64,000 nt of DNA, taken from Bugula neritina. Lineage: Eukaryota; Animalia; Bryozoa. The stretch spans positions 12,018,722 to 12,082,721 of the forward strand of contig OZ037766.1 in assembly GCA_964035545.1 (NCBI GenBank), read 5' to 3'. The notes beneath the pieces are model-generated. The model was not told where the DNA came from and did not search any database. It saw only the letters and a program-made list of their open reading frames with translations. Position numbers and translations under genes: made by a program. Position 1 is the first letter of the stretch; each line of letters starts with the position of its first letter. Positions 53,690 to 64,000 of this stretch are shown here, piece by piece.

Positions 53690-55075
53690 AGTTTCAACCT
53701 CTACTATCTTGTAGTTGTACTTGTAGTGATGCTGCAGTATTACTATTAGCATGGCCATGAGTGACTCCGGAATTACTATTAGTGAATCGGCTAATCCCAA
53801 CTATCAGCAGGTATGTACTAAATGAGTAAAGGTTTGAATATTTGACTTTTCCACCGTTAGTATCTTTATTTAAATTTTAATTTTTCTGAATTTATTTTTT
53901 AGAAACCGTTGGATAATGGTTTCAGGGATGCTTCATGTTTTGTATGTGGCAGTGTTAGTTTAAATGGGCATCAGTCTCTCACAGAAAGTCTCTATAATCT
54001 CTTAGTTGAAACCAGAACGGTGATCAGTTCTGACAAGACAAATTCAATATGCTCTACATGCTTAGTCTTATCAGAATTAATGGAACAAGCAGTCCAAGCT
54101 CAAATGTCTTTAGCTGGAAGGAATCGCAAAAAGTCAGTGGAATTTTACTTGAGTTATAATAATATATGCAGAGTTTGGAAGTCTTGAATTTTGGTTTAAC
54201 GACTGCTCCTTTTAGATTAGGGATGACTAAAAATGGGAAGAATATAAATTTAATAACCGCACATTTATTCAAAGCTGGAAGTGCTGTTAACATGTCTGGC
54301 AATGTGCATCAAGCCCAAACAGATGTTGACAGTGAAAATGATGAAGGTTTGTACTAGATTTTTGTTTTTCAATGGATATTACTTTATATTGTTCTCTAGT
54401 CATCATCTTAATTCTGATGCAAGAGTGTTATGCTCCACCTTATTTTTAGATATTAAATAGTTACCAATTCGTATTGATTGATATTTTCAACTGATATTGA
54501 TATCTTATATTGTTTTAGAATTTAGATTGTTTAGTCAGTTAGTTAAAAACTTATAATTTGCTCTACAGATATTTGTATTATAAACAATTACAGAGATGCC
54601 ATAAACAGATCATTTGCTATGCCAACTTTAAGGTTGAAGGTATGAAATAATCTACTGTTTTGTAGAAAATCTCAACCTTCTTATAAGTAATATACAGGGT
54701 GGACTGGGACAAACTGATCAGGGTGAACTTAAACTAACAGATATAACAGATCTTAGTGAAATAGACCAACCAGATATAGATAATGAGTTCAGCATTATCA
54801 GTGAATGCAACTCACCTCAGGTAAGTATGTCCAGTCGAAGGGTGTTGCAGATTACTTTTAAAATAAAGAATTGTGAGATTGAAGTTAATTGTTGAAAATA
54901 TGTAAAGACTTTATAGTTTTCTTTAGTTAATTTAACTAAATTTTGTAGCAGCAAGTGGAAATACCCAGACTTGAGTGTGAAGTATTTGAACAGGAAGGTA
55001 AGCATCGGTTTGCATGTATTTGAGAAATTCATAGTAGGCTATGGTATGTAGATGACACTCGACCTCTTTTAACCC
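53690..55075 (+). repeat. Segmental inverted duplication, copy B (5' end of chimeric gene)
   Basis: Homologous to the reverse complement of 41600-42955, including introns. Confidence 0.95.
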
Positions 55076-58000
55076 TGAAAATTTGAATTTGTGTTGATAT
55101 AAAAATGTTCTTAAGAAAAATTCATTGCCACAAAACATCTGTAGTTTATTTTTAGTTCTCCTCATAGCTATATGAATTTTGAGCAGATAAATGAAAAATT
55201 TAAAAAAAGTCAAACTCTAAAACTTTAAGTAGTGGAAACCTACAAATTTGTATCAAGTGTTTTGATTGTTCAAGTTATAACAGACGCCAGAATATAAATT
55301 ATCTTGACAACTTCAAAATTACTTAAAAATTAACAGGATTAACTTGAAAACAGTTTATAGCAGTAAGTTTTACGTAGCATAAACTTCTACTTAAAGTTTG
55401 GTCAATTTTGTTCATAAATAAGGAAGGAGTTGAATGGAGGCTTGCAATTGGTGTAAGTGTATGATGATATACTCCAGGTATATTTATAAAATTTGTGTTA
55501 CTACTAAACTACAGTTGGTGGTGTTTGTAAAACTTGCTGTAGCTTAATTAAGCTTTCACATATCCGTTTATTGTTGTAGATAAATGTTAGTTGGGCGTCT
55601 GTATCTACTGTCTACTATAAAATCTTAGAGCAAATTAGTGGGTTAGTCTAAAGCTGAACTTTGAACACGAAATTAAACTTGTAATTTTCAGCATATGAAT
55701 TTTTCCCAATAATTAATCAGCTGTCATTTAAAGGTAGTATTTAGACAGTTTAGTTTTAATAAACCCTTTTTAGGGGTCCCCTTACAATTAAGAGTTGTAG
55801 TCTCCCAAAATTAACTTTGTTGAGCAAAATAGACTTAAACTCATTTTTGGGTTTTTCATTGCTGAGCAATGCTGAAGCGCCACATCAGTATTGCTCAGTA
55901 ACCAAAACCACAAAAATACTTTCAAGCTTATTTTCTTTAAATTGCCCATGAAGAAATATTTAAAAAAAATTGAGCTGCTAGTATGTGTGCTTATACCCAA
56001 ATACCTATTTCCTAAAAGAACAATGCTATAGCATAATTAGAATTTTAAGTAGCGGCTAAACTTTAAATTTTTAATGAGTTTGTTCTTTATACAAAGGTTC
56101 AATCTATTCACTTTGGGAAAACACAACTCTTAATTGTAAGGGGACATTAGGGACCTCTAAAAAGGGTCTATTGCTAACTAAAGGTTTCCAGGGAATTTTG
56201 GTTGCACACATTATGTTTTCTCATACATACATTTAATTGATAAGAATAGCAGTTGATATTTATTAATTGATATTTGTTTACATTATACTTGCTAAACATA
56301 ATGACTTCTTTTAGAACAACCTATGGCTGAGACTACTACTACATCACCTGAAGACAATGGTCATATAATCAAGGAAGAGATGGCAATCAGGTTTGAAGAG
56401 CAAGAATACCACGTTATTTGGCAAACAGAGGCTGTTGGTGTAAACGAAGATGAAAAAGAAGACACTCTTTTATATCATTCACTGAGAGAAGTAGAATATG
56501 GTGAATGGACATATATTTTAAGCATTGATGATTTAAACAGGTGTCAAGCGACTTATTCAAAATATTACTAACCTGTATGCTTTTATAATTGATTTGAGTT
56601 GTAGATAAATTTGAACAAGAGTGTATTTGAATTAAAATGTTGTTCAGCAAAATTCCAGCTAAGCAGAGACCGCAATACTAATACAAATACTCGTTTATGA
56701 ATGTTTCTATATCTAAAGGCAATATCTAAATTTAGAGCGGGAATTTCAAAGTACGTGCAGGGCAGATGGTGGCATTCAAAATGAAAAAGCCAGACATTAT
56801 GATGAAGAGAGTGCTAATTCTAATGTGACAGATTTGGAAGATGAATTGGAAAATTTAGAATCGTATCGTTTATTAAGAGAAGCGTTGAAAAATGGTGAGT
56901 AATTTGTTTTATAAATGGGAAAGTTAAGAAACTATGGCACTCTATGACTTTTATTATGTTTGAAAGCAGACTGTATTTTTTACAGAGTACAGTAACATTT
57001 TTACACCACCAGAAACTTTAACCAATCAGTAAAGTTCGCAATGTAGATAAAAACATTTTATCATTTAACGCTAATAAAGTTCGTTGGAAAATTTGGGAAC
57101 TTTGTTTAAAATGCTGCTAGTGTATGGTGCAACTTTGATTTTTGGCAGATGACTTGGCTTTTGTTTATTATTGTCATTTAAAGAAATAATTCTTTCATTT
57201 TAGTTGTTGTCCCAGTATACCATAAAAATGACGGTAAAAGAAATTACAGCAAGGCATCGTATTGCTATTATTGCGAAAGAACATTCACTAGCAAAATTAT
57301 AAGGCATTATCTTAAATGTCACATTGATCAAATAGCAGTGAAAAATATGATGCAAGCCGAAGGAAGAATTTCAAAGGCACACAGAGATCGGCTGATAAAC
57401 TTGGGCAATTATAAATATAACACGAAGGTATATTCAATGCAACGGAATTTTTAACAACTTAATTCAGCTTTATGTCGGCCTTTCTCCTTAAATTTTGTTT
57501 TATGGAATTTTGAGAGCCATACTCCAGGACTGATGCTGTAATTTAAATTTTTATTATGCCATTTCATAGGTTTTTTTATCGTTCAAAAGTATCCAGTTAT
57601 GAAACTAATTGCTTTTTATATAATGGTCGGATTTTAACGAAAACTTAATCCTGAATTTAGAGTAGCAACGTTCGTCTCTACATAAATATATCAAATTTTC
57701 AACAATATTAAAATTTATATATGTGGTTGGATGTTTTAATTAAAAAAAATTTGCTATTATTTCTTTTATTGAAAGTGAAATGTGGTTCTGCCTTTTATAG
57801 TGCAATAAAATCAATTGGCAGTTTTGGTGAAGAGAAGCTCAACAATAAATTATGAGTGTATAAGTCTTGTAAGTGAGAATTCCATGTACAAGGCACACTT
57901 TTTGGTGTACGTTTAATGTTCACTGTATTAATTAAATTAATTTTTGAGGATACGTCTGCCTTTTGCCTGATGCATAATGAGCTGAATTATAATAATAGAA

Positions 58001-61000
58001 TAATCTTAGAACCATGCTAAATGAGACATTTAGAAGCAGTAGTAGAGAAAACATAAGTTTTTTATTTTTTATTAAATTTTAGTTTGACTGCGCAGGTTTT
58101 AATTCTTGCGAAAACATAACATCTTTTGCTACATTTTAAATCTAGAACCCAGGATTTTTTCAATTTCTCCATTACTACACCTACCTCAAATAATATATAC
58201 AACTGAGTAGTGAAGTTACAAAGTATGTAAGATGTTTAAGTGACTATTGTCATTATGTGGTAAGGAAAGAAAATCCGAATAATTAAACACAATATATTTC
58301 TGATAGCTTTAATGCAATGTCAGTAATCTACAAGTGAATTTTCTATTGTTCTGAGTTTTCATTTTTATTTATAAACTATATTCTGCATATTTATTCAGAT
58401 TATACAAGCTGGGTATGGTGAGCTGATAGTTGTTAGAATGCCAGACACCTACAAGCATGCTGCTGACTATCTGCCATGCTACTTATGCTTGGGATTTTAC
58501 TCTAGAGATACACTCTACAGACACATAAGAGGGTGCAGCTGCCAGTCTGATGATCGACCAAATAATCGTGGGGCAGTTGGCGAGGGGGTTTCTCTAATAA
58601 ATCACATGCTGTTGACACCAATCATCAATTCAGAAGTTTCAACATTAATAAATGGCATGGCAGAACCTCTTGAAAGTCTAGGTAAATGCCAACCCTACTA
58701 GTTTGTTTGGTGGATAGACCTCAATTCAATGGAAGCCAACCCTGATTAGCCTAAAATCCTACCAATAAAATTTATGTAAAATTCTGAAAGTTCAAGTGCG
58801 AAATGCATGCTTCGGAAAACTAGCTGTGTAACTTTTATTGCATGCATTATTTTATTTCAAATCTTAAATTTGAGGCCTGTGTTCAAACACTGCTCTTACT
58901 TGTTAGTATTGCAGAGCAGTAGCAAGAGCATAGCACAGTCACTGAGCTGTAATGGCAGTGCTACACTATATTCATTAGTAGGCTACTATTTTTGAAAGGG
59001 CAAAAGTTGCCAGAATTTTGATTGCGGCACATACATAAATTTTACCATTTCTGAAGGCAAACATTTAGTAATTCTTAAAAACAAAAGGATTGTTTGACTT
59101 GTAATTCTTTGTTGTTTGTAAGCTTAAATTGTCTGTTGGTTTGTTTGAACAAGTAATTCACCTAAGGTGCTTACCAAAAAAATGGCAAGCATATATTAGA
59201 AATTGAGACTTGAAAAAAATCTGTTAGGGTTTTTTATTGGCATAAATAATTCATCTGCTGATTGGAATTTATTTTTTAGCGTAATATTAGTATCTAATAG
59301 GAGAAAGAGCTAAATTTTCTACATCTTCAATTCAAAATATTGATCTATCTTATGCTTTAATTGCTCACATAGTTTCGTAGCAATTAATATATTATATATA
59401 CAGTCTTCACTGGGCATAACAAACCTCGCTTTATCAAATTTTTGGTTGGAGTCAACTTACACTCAGGCTCCTACTTTACTCAACTGTATAATAGTAGATA
59501 ACATTTGATTAACTTCTACAATGAACGACTTCTTCAAGAATATTGTTAAACTTGTCCCTAATAGTGGTTATAGTCAGAGTGGGCAGTATTTAAATATGGG
59601 TATAAAACTTGTTTGGTTTTGTTTCAGGAACAGACAAACTACATCCGGTTAATGGTACTAATGATGATTGTGGGGAAGAAAAAAACACAGGTATGTATGT
59701 CTTCAAATTTTCAACGTTTTTAACAGCATTCGAATTGCAAGCTGGGTGCAACGGTATCTTTTTTGATAAAGCCAAGAGCATTAGTCTACTTTTAGAAGAG
59801 CTACAAGTGCTTTAGCGATTTTACCTACTTGTGAAAATGTAAATGTTGTTCCTAAACAAAATTGCTGAAGTAACTGTTCATTTTTATCATACAATAAAAA
59901 TGTAATGTTAACTTTTGCTCCAATTGGGACCAACACAAATTATTTCTAGTGGCTCTATTCAAAAGCATTTTACATCAGTCCAGTAACTCCTTCATAGTCA
60001 TGCTTCATAATTGCATGGTTAACGGATGCTTGTGATATATTTTTTTGGTAACAAATTTACGCTGGTGCTGCTCTTTATTGCACTGTTCACAGTATGATTA
60101 CTGAGCATTCTATTTATATTTTAGCAAATTCTCCTAAGATCGCTACTCGGAAAATCTCTAAAAGAACCAGCAAGGCGAAATGTAAGTTTAACTTGGAAGA
60201 AACTTTTGTTGTTGTATATATGCTATTTTTGTAACGATATTTGATGGAGAAACTTAATTTGAAGACTGCCCACCAAAAAGCCCTTTTACTTGCACTTATT
60301 CCAAGTAAATATTGCAAATTGACGAATATTGGGAGACAGTTAACATTGTATTATAATTGCAATGTCATGGTTTTCACCCAGTGAAAGTGAAGAGTATGTT
60401 TTATGCATGTCTGTCGTAGCCTATGTACAAATGTTTCATATATTCATATTCATTCTCTTCAGCATCTTAAGTCCTCTCAACAGGGTGCATGCATGTTTTT
60501 ATGTGTATATACTACTTAGTCAGTGATAAGTTAAGCCTCTGAAGGAATTTTTTCCGTCATATTCTGTGTGAAAACTTGTTGGAAAGAAGCTATCTGTTAA
60601 AACTACTGATGCTTAAGTTGTGCTAGGCAGTAATTTTTTAAAGCTTTGTTTCTGCTGCACCTTGTAAAGATTATATGCCCCAGTATAAACAAAGATTCGC
60701 AGTACTTGGCTAATTGTGTTTATGGTAATTTAGGATTGCAATGTTATTTTCTCAGTAAAAACAGGTGTTGAGCTGTTGAGAAAATGTTGAAGTAAAAATT
60801 AAAACTAAGACTTACTTGTAAAAAATTTTACCACTTACCAATGCCTACCACCTGAAGGGAAAGTAAATCAATTCTTTTCATAAAAGTTGTGACAAATATT
60901 TAAATGGGTTTTTCTAAAAATAATTATCTATATACTACAGATCGGTGAATGAAGTTTAAGTTGAAAATGGTAAACATATGGCTGCTTTGTGACAATGTTG

Positions 61001-61194
61001 TTTGAAAATGTGACTCGTATTCTGCAGTAAGGTGGCTCCCCGAAGAGAGAAGGATGTTCAAACAACTGTTTGATGGTACAAGTATGCCCAGTGCAAAGTT
61101 GCTGGATGAAATGACACGAAAAATACCAACACGAGCAAGAGATACTATAAGGACCAGGTGCAACAACATAATTAAAGGAAAACAAAAGTATTGA
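53751..61194 (+). CDS. Chimeric protein, ~587 aa: duplicated ZAD-like N-terminus + acidic linker + Cys/His module and Myb/SANT-like end resembling tyrosine-recombinase (Crypton-like) element proteins, recombinase core absent
   Basis: Twelve GT-AG exons: 53751-53810, 53903-54132, 54216-54346, 54666-54820, 54949-54997, 56315-56500, 56736-56894, 57204-57427, 58399-58681, 59628-59690, 60125-60181, 61028-61194. Total 1764 nt, every junction in phase, no internal stop. Motifs YCYYC..IIRHYLKCH, LINLGNYKYN, GYGELIVVR, DYLPCYLCLGFYSRDTLYRHIRGC, RWLPEERRMF...RTRCNN. Confidence 0.78.
55745..56185. mobile_element. MITE-like element with long imperfect inverted ends in the fusion-junction intron
   Basis: Perfect 23-bp inverted core GTCCCCTTACAATTAAGAGTTGT / ACAACTCTTAATTGTAAGGGGAC, extended by ACCCTTTTTAG / CTAAAAAGGGT. 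Boundaries approximate. Confidence 0.65.
58031..58187. mobile_element. MITE of the GTA[A/G]TGGAGAAATT family, reverse orientation
   Basis: The reverse complement GAGGTAGGTGTAGTAATGGAGAAATTG...AAATGTAGCA.AAG..GTTATG matches 29771-29850. Confidence 0.55.
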
Positions 61195-63267
61195 AGGTAT
61201 TACATGTATTATATGTTATTTTTTATATTGACCTCTCACTTTTTATTAACTATTGTAAGCTACAGTATTCTATCATAAAAATGGAATATTTATCAACTCA
61301 ATAACTCTTGTTTTTCGACATAATATATGCAGATGTACGTTAGCTTTGCAGAGACCTGCGTATATATGTCTCCAAGCATTTGATTGTGGCAATCGCAATC
61401 AAAAATGATATACAATACAAGGAATATGTGGTTTGAGGGAATATGAGTGTTTAATTAATGACGGAACCAAACCTTTTTTCAAATATTAATCAACATAAAA
61501 AGCAAAGTATATAAAGAACTTAGGAATAGGAAATACTTTTAGTGTATTACACATCATATGAATAAAAAGCAATACAAGTTATATTGAATATTTTTGAATG
61601 GAAAAAGGGATTCTTTTGATAATTTTTAGATAGGAAGAAAAATAAAATGAATGAATTTAAAATATTCTATACACATTATGGATCTTATTATATATATTAG
61701 TTATATGTAAAGTCTTTAACTGTTGAAATGTCATCTATGTTCACACAGTGTTGTAAATTATTGTAGAGCTCACTAAGTCCTTCAGATGTCAAAGTTCAGT
61801 CATTAAATACTGGCTGGGTAATTGCAGATACTAGTTTGTCCATCAATGAAAGTATATATCTTAATAGAGACCAGCAGAACCAACACTTTGAGCAGCAGTT
61901 AATGGTAAGTCAAGAACTTATTCATCACAACAGTTCTTTAATTTACCAATCTGCTCCTCTGTAAAATAATGGTCTGCCTTTTATTTCATTTGTCAAGTTA
62001 ACAAGTTGTGTATTAAAAAGAGACCTTGAGAATATGCACAAGTTACCAAACCTGTTGAAATAATCTTTCATATGTTTCTGTTTCATGCAAGTTTAGATTG
62101 CTAGCACTGCCTGTAATGTTGCAACATTTATTCTTACTTTTAGAATGGATTGCAACCATGTTTTGAAACAATTACCAATGCAATATGCTTGTTTGATGGT
62201 GAGTTGATAGATGAAAATGACTCAGTTGGAGTAGCTGGTAAAGGAAAGAAAAGTTTATAAGTCTAAAGTACTCTCAGATTCTTGAAATCAATTCATTTGA
62301 TATTTTACTGGATTTTATTGTTGTAGCATCTTTATATATTTGCTTGTTTTGGGTTTTGAAATGGCCATAATACTTCTGTTCAAAACAAAATATTCATAAA
62401 GGTTACTTTTCAAAAGTATGAGTTCATGTGGTGTGTGCATATAATATGTAGGCTAGTTTTAAATTCACTAAATTTTTTCATGAATTTTGAAATTTATCTT
62501 CACCTTCAACTACAATGCAAATATCTTGGAGTTATCTGTCAATGAATTTTAAGCCTTTACAATTTACATGAATCAACTTATTTAGCAACTCTATTAACAC
62601 AAATACTGTCTGTTGCAGCAATTTTTTAAAGAAACTAGTTTTAGGTGAATATTTCAATTCTTTCATTTATATATTTTTATATAGTGTTAAAACATAGAAA
62701 TGTGGCTAAACACACACACTACGGATAACATATTTGAATATTTTTCTATGAAATTAGATTTAGGAAATTTGCCATCTCACTGTTTCTCAAATAAAACATT
62801 AAGAATTATTGAGTTTTTACTTTTACTTTAAAACTAATGATTTTGCAACTACATCACAGATTTTTTGTTAGGGACTAGTGTTTTGGGTGTTGAAATACTG
62901 CTGCAAGATTTTACATGAGTAAAATTTATTATTGTAGTTACAAATAAACATTTACTAAATTTAAATATCTTTTATTATTTTGCATTGAGTTATTAGAGTA
63001 GTGGAATAATAAAGAAATAACATTCAACAAGATGACATAATAAAAAACATCAAATATAAATAACAAATAAAATTAGATAGTTTTATTTATTTAGAAAATA
63101 GCAAACGAGCGGACTAATGCTGAGTTTGCTTATATTCTGTAACTGAACACCAGCAGATCTTTAGATTGCTTCCATAGAATGATCTGCACGTGAAGAAATA
63201 ATCTTTTTCGCTATCACTTTAAATAATATTTCAATAAAGTTGAGATCTAACCACTAACAGGATATGA

Positions 63268-63341
63268 CTATCCAAACCAGTCTTCCATGTTGAGGTACGT
63301 GATAGATACTGCTAGAGCTATTGCAGCACCAGAAGCTATAG
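63268..63341 (-). CDS. Possible terminal exon of a gene extending beyond the window (hydrophobic C-terminal segment)
   Basis: Acceptor TTTTGTAG followed by IASGAAIALAVSITYLNMEDWFG*. Short, with no recognisable family. Confidence 0.3.
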
Positions 63342-64000
63342 CTACAAAATATTACAGACTAATAAGACCAGTAAGCCCCGCCTGCTACCATGTTAGCAAC
63401 TTGCAATCACACAAGCAATCACACAATCATACAGTATAAGGGAGTTACAGTATAATGTTTGGCAGGTATTAGAAATTAGCAGCAATAAATTTTTAAGTAC
63501 ATAAAGGAGGAACCCAAATTAGTGAAATAACTGAAAACACACAGGTGACATTTTCATTCACATAATTCTACTGGATACATTCCTGGAACTATCATATAGT
63601 TCAAACATTGAAATTAAAAAAAAAGATTGATCCAACATCTCAGCATAGATTTATACCGTCTTTAGAGGTCAGAAACCTATCATAATTCTAAGAATTCATC
63701 TGGTAAAATTATTTAAAGACACTGTTGAAGCTCTCACAATAAGGAGAAATTTGTGAACAGACGCAATGCATGAAATAATTTGGCTGATTTAGCCACGAAG
63801 AAAGTGCACACTATTAGACACCTGATGGCACTAAAAATAAAATAGCATCAACAAACAAATAGAACTAACTATAATGAACTTTTAGGTAGCACTTAAGTGA
63901 CGCGGTTAATCACAGAAGGATATACAATTTATGAACAACCATTGCATTTACAGGCACTTCCAAGTGACAACAAACTAGTTTTTCTATTTAAAATATAACT

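Noticed and set aside
53690-55075. Inverted duplicate as an assembly or haplotype artefact
   Set aside because: The copies differ by many substitutions and indels, have different flanks, and each splices in phase into a different downstream gene. Long-read confirmation is still advisable.

Overview
AT-rich, intron-containing animal genomic DNA, probably from an invertebrate. I hand-spliced the genes using splice signals and reading-phase checks; no database search was run, so family assignments are from recalled motifs. Six protein-coding genes are supported: (1) a DUF3715 pseudo-PARP (TASOR/TEX15-type) protein (-, 640-12254); (2) a basigin/neuroplastin-like Ig membrane protein whose conserved TM Glu is Gln (+, 17385-20162); (3) an MLCK-family kinase with a GC-AG intron and a long disordered tail (-, 21483-29196); (4) a large ZAD-like plus C2H2/C2HC zinc-finger gene (-, 30426-42911); (5) a RING-less TRIM-like B-box/coiled-coil gene (-, 46577-51663); (6) an apparently young chimeric gene (+, 53751-61194). 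The first five coding exons of gene 6 are an inverted, intron-containing duplicate of the ZAD-like 5' end of gene 4. They splice in frame to exons resembling the N-terminal Zn-binding and C-terminal Myb/SANT-like parts of tyrosine-recombinase (Crypton-like) element proteins, and no recombinase core is visible. This candidate host-transposon fusion and its parent are the main discovery candidate. The window also holds several MITE families (hAT with 8-bp TSD, Kolobok-like, a promoter-associated palindromic family), fold-back palindromes, a 31-bp E-box-rich minisatellite and a tRNA-derived SINE head.
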